Shown here: positions 1 through 8,188 of the stretch, in pieces | Layout: each line of letters begins with the position of its first letter | How positions within the stretch are numbered: position 1 is the stretch's first letter | NCBI GenBank assembly: GCA_044239795.1 | Contig: JBIIAS010000003.1 | Coordinates: forward strand, 1 to 32,523 | DNA length: 32,523 nt | Direction: 5' to 3' | DNA from: Candidatus Nanopelagicales bacterium | GTDB taxonomy: Bacteria > Actinomycetota > Actinomycetes > S36-B12 > UBA5976 | Made by a program: the position numbers and the translations under genes | The notes under the pieces: generated by a model | Seen by the model: the letters and a program-made list of their open reading frames with translations, nothing else | Told to the model about the DNA's origin: nothing | Database searches by the model: none

Positions 1-83
1 GGTGGCAGATAGTGGGTTCGAACCACTGTAGCTTTCGCGACGGATTTACAGTCCGCTCCCATTGGCCGCTCGGGCAATCTGCC
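1..83 (-). tRNA. tRNA-Tyr (anticodon GTA); final A of CCA lies just outside the window
   Basis: Reverse complement GGCAGATTGCCCGAGCGGCCAATGGGAGCGGACTGTAAATCCGTCGCGAAAGCTACAGTGGTTCGAACCCACTATCTGCCACC. Acceptor stem GGCAGAT/ATCTGCC, anticodon loop CTGTAAA (GTA at 47-49), long variable arm, GGTTCGAA T-loop. Confidence 0.97.
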
Positions 84-87
84 ATTT

Positions 88-103
88 GTCGCCCGAAGGC
101 AAC
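88..103 (-). other. Small cUUCGg tetraloop hairpin just upstream of tRNA-Tyr (leader structure or ndh 3' stem)
   Basis: Minus strand GTTGCC-TTCG-GGCGAC: 6-bp stem with one G-U pair closing a UUCG loop. Confidence 0.5.
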
Positions 104-151
104 TTAGTAAGGATACCGAGCAAAAGGCTATAAATGCCAATCGGCAATTGG

Positions 152-1375
152 TTAAAAGGAGTCCATAATGTGTCGATTGCCACGGTCAAAGGTCAAGTAG
201 TTCCAAGTCCAATCAGCCATCGTGCCGATCTTGTTTCGACCACCAAGGATGTAAAACAGGTGAAGCCACAGCCACGCCAACCACGCAATTGGTCCCGAAA
301 TGCGAATGCCTTTAACTTCAACGATTGCTTTATGGCGACCGATAGTTGCCATTGAACCTTTGTCTTTGTACTTGAAATTTTGTAGTGGCTTAGACGCTGT
401 TAAAGCTTGAATCTGCTTAGCAAGGAATCGACCCTGTTGCATTGCAACTGGAGCAACCATTGGTAGCGGCACGCCATCAGATCCAACTACTCCAGCAATG
501 TCACCAAGCGCCCAAACATTTTCATAGCCAGTAACTTGAAGTGTGCTCGAAACATCAATTCGGCCTCGAGTAACAGGAAGTTGCAAAAGATCCATTGCTG
601 GCACCCCTTTAACGCCGGCAGCCCAAACTGTTGTGTTTGCAGGAATCGTATTTCCATCAAGCGTGAGAATTGAATCTGGCAACACTTCTTTTACTGAAGT
701 GTTGGTAAGAACTGTCACGCCAAGCTTCTCTAAATCCTTTTGAGTCTTGCTAGAAAGCGATTCCGAGAATGATGGAACTAATCTTGGGCCAGCTTCGATA
801 ATGGAAACTCGAACTCGATTTGCCGCATCGGCATAATCTGAGCGCAGTGGTCCGCGAACCAACTCAGCAAAAGCACCAGCCATCTCTACTCCCGTAGGAC
901 CGCCACCCACAATTGCGATGTCTAGATTGTCTTTGTTTCCCTGTTGGCACATTTCTTCATAAGAGCGCATAACTTCAGATCGAATAGTTAATGCCTCGCC
1001 AACAGTCTTCATGCCGAGTGCATTTTCTTTTACGCCGGCAATGCCAAAGTCAGCTGTAGTTGAACCCATCGCAATAACTAAGTGGTCATACTTAACAACT
1101 TGACCATCAGTCAAAGTTAATTCGTTCGCCGCTGAGTTTAGTTTTTCCGGAGTTCCCATTCGAAACTGCACATTGGTTTTCCGCAATGCGCCACGAATTG
1201 GATAGGCGACGTGGTCGGCGGCAAGGCCTGCAGTTGAGACTTGGTAGAGCAGTGGCAAGAAAGTTTGAAAATTATGACGATCAATTAGCGTTACTTGTGC
1301 GTGCTTAGATAGCGAGCGAGCTGCTGTTAATCCGCCGAAACCGGCACCCAGAATTACAACGTTTGGCAATCCCAT
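152..1375 (-). CDS. ndh: Type II NADH:quinone oxidoreductase (NDH-2)
   Basis: Two Rossmann motifs (GAGFGG; GGGPTGVEMAG), FLPLLYQV, WAAGV, AMQQG, YKDKGSMATIGR and a C-terminal amphipathic membrane segment. GAGG RBS upstream. Confidence 0.92.
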   Translation of the reverse strand: MGLPNVVILGAGFGGLTAARSLSKHAQVTLIDRHNFQTFLPLLYQVSTAGLAADHVAYPIRGALRKTNVQFRMGTPEKLNSAANELTLTDGQVVKYDHLVIAMGSTTADFGIAGVKENALGMKTVGEALTIRSEVMRSYEEMCQQGNKDNLDIAIVGGGPTGVEMAGAFAELVRGPLRSDYADAANRVRVSIIEAGPRLVPSFSESLSSKTQKDLEKLGVTVLTNTSVKEVLPDSILTLDGNTIPANTTVWAAGVKGVPAMDLLQLPVTRGRIDVSSTLQVTGYENVWALGDIAGVVGSDGVPLPMVAPVAMQQGRFLAKQIQALTASKPLQNFKYKDKGSMATIGRHKAIVEVKGIRISGPIAWLAWLWLHLFYILGGRNKIGTMADWTWNYLTFDRGNRHIMDSF

Positions 1376-1550
1376 AACGACCTCGATTCAAGAGGCTTGC
1401 TCGCTAAGACTAGTACCCAAAGCCAGGAGGTGGCACAGAACTCATCAAAGTCTGGCAAAATTTGACCTTTTCAGAATTGGGCCAGCGCGCCCAAGATAAA
1501 GACTACAAAGTAAAGTGGGGTGCAATATCCAGTTTCTAGTGAGGTAACAA

Positions 1551-2042
1551 ATGGCTGATTCCAGTATGGACATTGTGAGCAAAGTTGATCGTCAGGAAGC
1601 CGACAATGCCCTCGGCCAAGCTGCGAAAGAACTTGCGACTCGGTTTGATTTCAAGGGAACTGAAACTTCAATCGAATGGAAAGGTGAGCTCGGTGTCGAG
1701 ATCACATCCAGCACCGAAGATCGTGCCAAAGCTGCGCTTGAAGTATTCCGCGAAAAGTTGATTAAGCGAGGAGTGAGCCTTAAGTCCTTCAACGCAGGCG
1801 ATCCCCGAGTTTCTGGTAAAGATTACAAAATAAATGGCGAATTCAAGGCTGGAATTAGCCAAGAGCAGGCCAAGAAGATTGGCAAAATCATCCGTGACGA
1901 GGGGCCAAAGAACGTAAAGACTCAAGTTCAAGGTGAAGAGCTTCGGGTAACCGGTAAGAGTCGCGATGATTTACAAGCAGTTCAGCAATTGCTAAGTGAA
2001 TCTGATTTAGATTTCGCAGTTCAATACACGAACTATCGCTAA
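1551..2042 (+). CDS. yajQ: YajQ family nucleotide/c-di-GMP-binding protein
   Basis: [21 protein letters not shown]...[23 protein letters not shown] and C-terminal NYR. GAGG RBS. Confidence 0.95.
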   Translation: MADSSMDIVSKVDRQEADNALGQAAKELATRFDFKGTETSIEWKGELGVEITSSTEDRAKAALEVFREKLIKRGVSLKSFNAGDPRVSGKDYKINGEFKAGISQEQAKKIGKIIRDEGPKNVKTQVQGEELRVTGKSRDDLQAVQQLLSESDLDFAVQYTNYR

Positions 2043-2438
2043 CTATTTCTTTCGTCGACCACTAGGTGGTTCGTTTATCTGTGGCGCTGCTGACCCGTCA
2101 CTTCGCTTTGCACTAGGTAGTGAGGCGGCCAGCGCATCTATTCCATAGATAAGTTCGCCTCTGCCTTGCCCAGCTGGCATCGGTGAGTCAGACCAGAACA
2201 AAGCATCAAATGGGCAAACGTCGATACAAATACCACACCACATACATTGACCAAAATCAATTGTGAATTGATCTAAAACATTTTTTGTTGCTTGCCTGCG
2301 GGAGTTGCTGTAGGCCGGCGCATCTGGATCTGGTTCAGAATGAGCCTGCACAGTTATGCACCAGTCTGGACATTCCCGAACGCAGAGCATGCAGGAAGTG
2401 CATGATGCTGGATGTAACGCAATCGTTGAATGATTCAT
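2043..2438 (-). CDS. nuoI: NuoI-like 2x[4Fe-4S] ferredoxin subunit (actinobacterial second-cluster NuoI2 type), N-terminally trimmed
   Basis: CTSCMLCVRECPDWCI and CMWCGICIDVCPFDALFWS. The start at 2438 overlaps the upstream stop (ATGA); the ORF track start at 2447 is the alternative. Confidence 0.8.
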   Translation of the reverse strand: MNHSTIALHPASCTSCMLCVRECPDWCITVQAHSEPDPDAPAYSNSRRQATKNVLDQFTIDFGQCMWCGICIDVCPFDALFWSDSPMPAGQGRGELIYGIDALAASLPSAKRSDGSAAPQINEPPSGRRKK

Positions 2439-2884
2439 GATGTCCACTCCGGTAATACACCTGGCGGTAGCGACGGACGCCGCTTTGCATTCTCATCAGG
2501 CTCAACGGCGCCTGGCCACTGGGTATCTGAGCGAGTTGCGAGAGCAAAGTCTCGACGAAGTGGAAAGCCAGGGAGTTCTATCTCGAAAGCAGGCGTTGAA
2601 TCATTTAGTCCGATGAATTCAAAACCAAACATCTGAGTAACTTCTCGTTCATGAAACTCAACAGCCGGATAAATAGATGAGACAGATGCAATGCTTGCTT
2701 CTGTCTTCGTTGAAAGAATCACACTTTCAGATAAGTCCTCTTTAGAAAGCATTAGAGAAACCTCGAAGGAATCTCCCCCATTGTGAGTTGCCGTTAGCCA
2801 TTCACATCTAGCAAATCCCGTTTTTTTCATGTCGGCTGCCTGCGCTTGCCACTCAGATTTATCTACTTCTTTATGAATGGTCAT
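2435..2884 (-). CDS. nuoC: NuoC-like subunit (NuoC2 type)
   Basis: FHEREVTQMFGFEF.G, GFPLRRDF (cf. GHPLRKDF) and a WPGAVEP...RR..LPPGV tail. ATGA coupling with nuoB. Confidence 0.8.
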   Translation of the reverse strand: MTIHKEVDKSEWQAQAADMKKTGFARCEWLTATHNGGDSFEVSLMLSKEDLSESVILSTKTEASIASVSSIYPAVEFHEREVTQMFGFEFIGLNDSTPAFEIELPGFPLRRDFALATRSDTQWPGAVEPDENAKRRPSLPPGVLPEWTS

Positions 2885-3264
2885 TTTCTAGTCAACTCCA
2901 CCGCTTGCAGTAGCGCTGCCGCCAACTCTTCTGGCCCAGGTGGACAACCGGGAACTTGAATATCAACTGGAACAACTTCGTGAGCACCCGAGATCACTGA
3001 GTACGAATCCCAATAAGGGCCACCAGATATCGCACAAGCACCAAAGGCAACAACGACTTTAGGCTCCCGTAAGGCATCATAAGCAGATTTAACAGTTGAA
3101 GCTAGAGCATGAGTCACGGTCCCAGCAATCACCAAAATATGCTCGGCTGCACTTACCTTTGAAACTGATTCGGTTTGCTCCCAGGCACCCGCAACTAAGT
3201 CAACTGAACTTGATTCCACGCCGCAGCAGGCTAATCCCGCTTGCAGAATTGAAACATTGCTCAC
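2881..3264 (-). CDS. nuoB: NuoB-like [4Fe-4S] subunit, short (127 aa) and divergent
   Basis: GLACC, AGTVT, EPKVVVAFGACAISGGPYWDSYSV, VPVDIQVPGCPP; all four cluster-N2 Cys retained. Confidence 0.85.
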   Translation of the reverse strand: MSNVSILQAGLACCGVESSSVDLVAGAWEQTESVSKVSAAEHILVIAGTVTHALASTVKSAYDALREPKVVVAFGACAISGGPYWDSYSVISGAHEVVPVDIQVPGCPPGPEELAAALLQAVELTRK

Positions 3265-3270
3265 GGTATG

Positions 3271-3276
3271 ACTCTA
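3271..3276 (-). promoter_or_regulatory. Putative -10 box (TAGAGT) of a leaderless nuoB-C-I transcript
   Basis: Minus strand TAGAGT-CATACC-GTG: TANNNT 6 nt before the start codon, with no Shine-Dalgarno. Confidence 0.55.
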
Positions 3277-3324
3277 AAGCCTCACTTGCTAATCCCATAA
3301 AACTGGTACAGATACTTAATGCAC

Positions 3325-4059
3325 TTACGGCATCACGTCGCCGCTGTTTGGACCAAGTGTTTGCCCTACATATAAGTTTCCACCTGGACTACTTGCAAGA
3401 AGCACTGCAGTTGGCGCCACTTCTTCGATTTCGCCAAATCTGCCAAGTGGTAACTCCTTAGCCTTTGCGGCCTTCCACTCTTCATCGATGCCAGCCACCA
3501 TTTGGGTATAAACCGGACCTGGTGCAATTGCATTGACCAGAACTCCATTAGCTGAAACTTCTAGTGCCAATGACTTGGTAAACGCAATCACGCCTGCCTT
3601 CGCTGCTGCGTAATGCGCCAAGGATGCCGCTCCCTTGATTCCAAGTTGCGAGGCAACGTTGATGATTCGGCCATCGCCACGCTGCAACATTTGTGGCAAC
3701 ACATGGTGAGTAACTAGGAATACGCCAGACAAATCAACAGCTAAAGTTTCATTCCAAACTTCAAGACTCATATCAACAACTGGTGATTGGGTTGCAATAC
3801 CAGCGGAGTTAACCAAGATATCAATTCTGCCCATCAACTTGGTTGCGGTTGCTACTGCGTAACGTACCGAAGTTTCGTTTGTTACATCGATTGCAACGCC
3901 AAGGCTGCCGATTTCTCGAGCCCGTCGATTAGTAAATTCTTCATTGAAGTCAGCAATGACTACAGTTGCGCCAGCAGCCAAAAATGCTTCTGCAATTCCG
4001 CCACCAATTCCACCGGCACCGCCCACTACTAGTGCGCAGCGTCCACTTAATGCTCCCAT
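3325..4059 (-). CDS. Classical SDR oxidoreductase (FabG-like)
   Basis: GGAGGIG, acidic residue after beta-2 (ADF, NAD-preferring), NSAG, catalytic YAAAK. GGAG RBS. Confidence 0.92.
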   Translation of the reverse strand: MGALSGRCALVVGGAGGIGGGIAEAFLAAGATVVIADFNEEFTNRRAREIGSLGVAIDVTNETSVRYAVATATKLMGRIDILVNSAGIATQSPVVDMSLEVWNETLAVDLSGVFLVTHHVLPQMLQRGDGRIINVASQLGIKGAASLAHYAAAKAGVIAFTKSLALEVSANGVLVNAIAPGPVYTQMVAGIDEEWKAAKAKELPLGRFGEIEEVAPTAVLLASSPGGNLYVGQTLGPNSGDVMP

Positions 4060-4077
4060 TGTGTTCTCCTTGATTTC

Positions 4078-4842
4078 TTAGACTGGTAAACGAACGGTGT
4101 AAGCGCCATCAACGATTATCGCTTGCCCACTGATGTAGGAAGCTTTTGGTGAAGATAGGAAATCAATCAAACTTGCTACATCATCAGGAGTGCCTACTCG
4201 ACCTGCTGGAATTGACCCAGCAATCATCTTCAGTCCTTCTGGTCCAAGCGAGTTAACTGGATCTAATGATTGTGGTGATTCGATAATTCCTGGCACAACC
4301 GAGTTAACTGTGATTCCACGAGGCGCTAGTTCAATTGCCAAACTTCGTACAAGTCCCAAAAGTCCAGCTTTCGCTGTTGTGTAGTGCGCATGCTCTGGCC
4401 AACCATAAACCGCACCTGCGATGGACGAAACCGCAACCATGCTTCCAGAAGATTTCATCACTTTGCTTGCCGACCGAAACGTGCGTAAGACGCCGGTTAA
4501 ATCTACTTGGAGCATGTCATCCCAAGCAGCATCAGTTAAATCAGCAAGAGCTGCATTGCGAAGAATTCCCGCATTAGCAACTGCAATAGTTAGGTTTCCA
4601 AACTCATCAATAGCGCGCTGTGCGAAGGCATCAACTTGACCTGAGTCTCGAACATCAACTTCATGAACAACGGACTCACCACCCTGAGCCGCAACTAGGC
4701 TTTGAGTTTGCATTGGGTCATGTGGGTCTCCAGGGAAAGTTCCAATTACAACTTTCACTCCGCGCGCGGCCATTTGAACTGCGGTTGCTCTTCCAATGCC
4801 ACTAGCGGCACCAGAAATAATTGCGACATCATGGTTTGTCAT
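4078..4842 (-). CDS. Classical SDR oxidoreductase with GDPHDP loop
   Basis: SGAASGIG, NAG, SS..G, YTTAK, PG. GGAG RBS. Confidence 0.92.
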   Translation of the reverse strand: MTNHDVAIISGAASGIGRATAVQMAARGVKVVIGTFPGDPHDPMQTQSLVAAQGGESVVHEVDVRDSGQVDAFAQRAIDEFGNLTIAVANAGILRNAALADLTDAAWDDMLQVDLTGVLRTFRSASKVMKSSGSMVAVSSIAGAVYGWPEHAHYTTAKAGLLGLVRSLAIELAPRGITVNSVVPGIIESPQSLDPVNSLGPEGLKMIAGSIPAGRVGTPDDVASLIDFLSSPKASYISGQAIIVDGAYTVRLPV

Positions 4843-4879
4843 TTTTCTACTCCATACCTATCTATCTGGTGTTTCTGAC

Positions 4880-4896
4880 AATACCTCAGACCTTTT
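4880..4896 (-). promoter_or_regulatory. Putative operator site A (AAAAGGTCTGAGGTATT)
   Basis: Lies in the divergent SDR/regulator intergenic region and matches sites at 5763, 21045 and 29660. Confidence 0.6.
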
Positions 4897-4948
4897 GGGG
4901 AATTATTGGGAATTGGCTATATATATGCCAATAAAAAACTAAGTAAAC

Positions 4949-4954
4949 TAGGCT
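4949..4954 (+). promoter_or_regulatory. Putative -10 box (TAGGCT) of a leaderless regulator transcript
   Basis: TAGGCT-AAAGCT-GTG, with no SD before the GTG at 4961. Confidence 0.5.
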
Positions 4955-4960
4955 AAAGCT

Positions 4961-5665
4961 GTGGCACGTCAACCGGCTGGGCCTCCAGCATATGATCGGG
5001 TCGCCAACGATATTCGATTGCGAATAACAACCGGCGACCTAAATCCTGGCGATCAATTACCAGTCGAAAGCGACTTGGTTGATATCTACCAAGTCAGTCG
5101 TGGCACATTGCGTGAAGCCCTCAGATTACTGGCATCCGAAGGATTGCTAGAAACGATTCGCGGCCGAACTGGCGGAACATTTGTTACTCAAATTCTGCCA
5201 GCAGATATAAGCAGGCTTTTAAACGATGTCCTGGGCCTAACTGTTCAGGGCGAATCTCTATCAATTTCACACTTGGCAGAAGTTCGCTCATTGATTGAGC
5301 CACCTGCTGCAGCACTTGCAGCAGGCAGAGCAAAATACTCCTCGGTTGCTAAATTGCATGACTATTTACATCCAACGACCCAAGAAGAGCAACTTGAATT
5401 TAACTGGCATTGGCACCGGGAAGTTATGCGCCTGACTGATAACCCGTTGATCGTTGCGCTTTTTGAACCTGTGTTTCATCAGCTTCGAGGACGGTTCGAC
5501 CGATCGAAAGAGCAAAAATCCACCTGGGATCAGATTTTGAAAGAACACCTTGAAATCACCCAGTTAATCGAAGCTGGCGATGTTGCTGGCGTGCAAATAG
5601 CAATGGCAAAACACCTTGGCTATGTCAATGAGACCTACCTATCCTTGGATAAATCCGCCCACTAA
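4961..5665 (+). CDS. GntR family, FadR subfamily transcriptional regulator
   Basis: wHTH motif L.PGDQLP.E.DL...Y.VSRGTLREAL..L..EGL...RGRTGGTFV, followed by an FCD domain (E.R..IEP, H..., NP, EH..I...I..GD, M..HL). Confidence 0.93.
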   Translation: MARQPAGPPAYDRVANDIRLRITTGDLNPGDQLPVESDLVDIYQVSRGTLREALRLLASEGLLETIRGRTGGTFVTQILPADISRLLNDVLGLTVQGESLSISHLAEVRSLIEPPAAALAAGRAKYSSVAKLHDYLHPTTQEEQLEFNWHWHREVMRLTDNPLIVALFEPVFHQLRGRFDRSKEQKSTWDQILKEHLEITQLIEAGDVAGVQIAMAKHLGYVNETYLSLDKSAH

Positions 5666-5762
5666 TGGGGTTTTGGGTGTTAAGTCCGATAAATACCTGC
5701 GTTTTTGAGACTTTTTGCAAATTCCCCCTGCCAAATGCAGGAAATCCAAATAAAGTACAGGT

Positions 5763-5779
5763 AAAAGGTAGGACTATTT
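5763..5779 (+). promoter_or_regulatory. Putative operator site B (AAAAGGTAGGACTATTT)
   Basis: Just downstream of the TAAAGT -10 candidate (5751-5756) and upstream of the GAGGAGG RBS of the CoA-transferase operon, a repressor-like position. Confidence 0.6.
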
Positions 5780-5803
5780 AGCCGGCTAGCTCGAGGAGGG
5801 CCC

Positions 5804-7021
5804 ATGTTGCCTCTTGAGTCGGTCACCATAATTTCCTTAGAGCAATACGGTGCAGGTCCTTTTGCCACTATGCATCTAGCAGACCTTGGCGCCACAGTTA
5901 TCAAGATTGAAGATCCCACAGTTAATGGGGATATCGCACGATGGGTGCCACCGTTTCAAAAGGAAGATACCTCGTTATTTTTCGAATCATTTAACCGAAA
6001 TAAACAAAGCATTAGTTTGAATATCGCAACAGAAGCTGGACTTGAAGTTTTTCATGATCTAGTGCGAAATAGTGACGCAGTTTTTTCTAACTTACGTGGG
6101 GATGTTCCCGAAAAAATTGGAATTACCTACGATCAGTTAAAGGAAGTTAATCCTGCGATTGTTTGTTGTTCGCTGTCTGGTTACGGCCAAACTGGTCCTC
6201 GCGCACTAGATCCAGGGTATGACTACATGCTGCAAGCCTTAACCGGGTGGATGGATTTAACTGGTGAACCAGATGGACCGCCTACAAAAAGTGGATTGTC
6301 ATTAGTTGATTTTTCGGGTGGCCTTGTAGCTGCAACCGCAATCTTGGCTGGTGTTACTTCTGCAAGGATCACTGGGATCGGAACTGATTGCGACTTAAGT
6401 CTTTATGACACAGCTCTTGGGATGCTGACATATGTGGCGACTTGGGAAATGACTGGAAACTTCTCAGTTTCGCGTACTCATCATTCTGCTCATCCAACTC
6501 TGGTTCCATTCCAGGCATTTGAATCAAGTAATGGCTGGCTTGTCGTGGGTTGCGCTAAAGAAAAATTCTGGGTGCGGCTAACAAAAGTTCTTGATGCACC
6601 CGAATTGGAATCTGACCCTAGATTTTCCTCATTTGCGACTCGTTTTGAGAATAAGGATGACTTGCTTCCAATTCTGGAATCGATTTTCTTAAAGAAGGAC
6701 AACCAGACTTGGATAGCTGCGCTTCGTGCAGCTGGCGTTCCATGCGGTGAAGTTAATTCAGTTAGCGAAGCTCTCGCTGACAGTCACACCATCTCGAGAG
6801 AGATGATAGTTAAGTTTGACCATCCGGAATTTGGTGAAGTATCAAGTGTTGCTTCACCAATCAAAGTTGGCAAAACTCGGGTTAAGCACAAAGCAGCACC
6901 AAAGTTGAATCAAAACCAAGATGAGATTCTGCGACAGCGTTTGAATTACAGCGATGCGAAGATTGCGGAATTAACTGTTGGAAATGCATTCACATCTACA
7001 AACGAAAAGGAACCAGATTAG
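5804..7021 (+). CDS. Class III CoA-transferase (CaiB/BaiF family)
   Basis: AGPFATMHLADLGA.VIKIE, NRNK.S, SLSGYGQTGP, GYD, catalytic Asp in SLVDFSGG. Strong GAGGAGG RBS. Confidence 0.93.
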   Translation: MLPLESVTIISLEQYGAGPFATMHLADLGATVIKIEDPTVNGDIARWVPPFQKEDTSLFFESFNRNKQSISLNIATEAGLEVFHDLVRNSDAVFSNLRGDVPEKIGITYDQLKEVNPAIVCCSLSGYGQTGPRALDPGYDYMLQALTGWMDLTGEPDGPPTKSGLSLVDFSGGLVAATAILAGVTSARITGIGTDCDLSLYDTALGMLTYVATWEMTGNFSVSRTHHSAHPTLVPFQAFESSNGWLVVGCAKEKFWVRLTKVLDAPELESDPRFSSFATRFENKDDLLPILESIFLKKDNQTWIAALRAAGVPCGEVNSVSEALADSHTISREMIVKFDHPEFGEVSSVASPIKVGKTRVKHKAAPKLNQNQDEILRQRLNYSDAKIAELTVGNAFTSTNEKEPD

Positions 7022-7024
7022 GCC

Positions 7025-8188
7025 ATGGACTTTGAATTAAATGAAGATCAAAAAGAGTTTCAAAATGTCATGCGAGATTTTGTTAACAAGGAAATCAACC
7101 CAGTCGCCATGGAAATGGAAAAGTCTGGTGAATATCCCGAAAAGATCGTTCAGGGACTAAAGGACTTAGGTCTCTTCGGCATGACAGTTCCTGAAGAGTA
7201 CGGTGGCTTAGATCTAGACCCAGTTTCATTTGCAATCGTCTTTGAGGAACTTGCCCGAGGTTGGGTTGGTATCGCTGGAGTTTTAGGAAGTCACTCGCTA
7301 GCCTGCCACTTGATTGCAAAGAATGGCACACCAGAACAGAAGCAGAAGTACCTGCCTGATTTAGCAACCGGAAAGCGCCGAACCGGAATTGGCCTCACAG
7401 AACCAGATGCTGGCACGGACTTGCAAGGTATTAAAACTACTGCAGTGCGCGATGGAGATCATTACGTTATTAATGGTGCAAAAACTTGGATCACTAATGC
7501 TCGCCATGCAGATCCACTACCTGTTTTAGTCAAGACAGATCCAAAGGCTGACCCTCGCCATAAGGGAATGAGTGTAATCCTCGTTGAAGCATCAACTCCA
7601 GGATTTTCAATCAGTAAAGATATTGGGAAGCTCGGTTACAAGGGTCCAGAGTCTTGCGAAGTTGTACTTGATAATGTTCGAGTTCCAGTCACTGAACTAG
7701 TTGGTGGCGTTGAAGGCCAGGGCATGAAGCAAGTTCTTGGAGCACTGGAATCGGGAAGAGTAAACATCGCGGCTAGATCTGTCGGAATCGCACAAGCCGC
7801 CTACGATGCTGCACTTAAGTACAGTCGAGAGCGCGAAGCCTTCGGACAACCTATTTCAGATTTCCAAGCGATTCAACTCAAGTTAGGTGAAATGGCTACT
7901 AACTTGCAGGCTGCTCGATTGCTTACTTACTGGGCAGCAAGCGTGCAGGGTTCCGGCGCTCGATCAGATATGCACAGTGGAATGGCTAAGTACTTTGCAT
8001 CAGAAGTTGCGATCAAGGCTTCCTTGGAAGCAATGCGAATCCATGGTGGTTATGGCTATTCAACTGAGTATGTAGTTGAACGCCTGTACCGTGATGCTCC
8101 TTTGATGGCTATCGGTGAAGGCACAAATGACATTATGAAAATGGTTATTGCTAAGGCACTTATATCAGGAAAAGAAGTTATCAATTAA
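7025..8188 (+). CDS. Acyl-CoA dehydrogenase
   Basis: LTEPDAGTD, NGAKTWITN, R..FGQPI..FQ, HGGYGY..EY.VER.YRDA and catalytic Glu in IGEGTN. Confidence 0.95.
   Translation: MDFELNEDQKEFQNVMRDFVNKEINPVAMEMEKSGEYPEKIVQGLKDLGLFGMTVPEEYGGLDLDPVSFAIVFEELARGWVGIAGVLGSHSLACHLIAKNGTPEQKQKYLPDLATGKRRTGIGLTEPDAGTDLQGIKTTAVRDGDHYVINGAKTWITNARHADPLPVLVKTDPKADPRHKGMSVILVEASTPGFSISKDIGKLGYKGPESCEVVLDNVRVPVTELVGGVEGQGMKQVLGALESGRVNIAARSVGIAQAAYDAALKYSREREAFGQPISDFQAIQLKLGEMATNLQAARLLTYWAASVQGSGARSDMHSGMAKYFASEVAIKASLEAMRIHGGYGYSTEYVVERLYRDAPLMAIGEGTNDIMKMVIAKALISGKEVIN

Noticed and set aside
1-151. tRNA-Tyr as the integration site of the cluster
   Set aside because: Core genes (ndh, yajQ, nuoBCI) separate the tRNA from the cluster, the cluster lies on the tRNA's 5' side, and I saw no duplicated tRNA 3' fragment or integrase.
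2043-3264. Calling nuoB/C/I pseudogenes
   Set aside because: No frameshifts or internal stops, all Fe-S ligands are kept, translational coupling is intact and a plausible promoter is present. Kept as CDS, though slow decay cannot be excluded.
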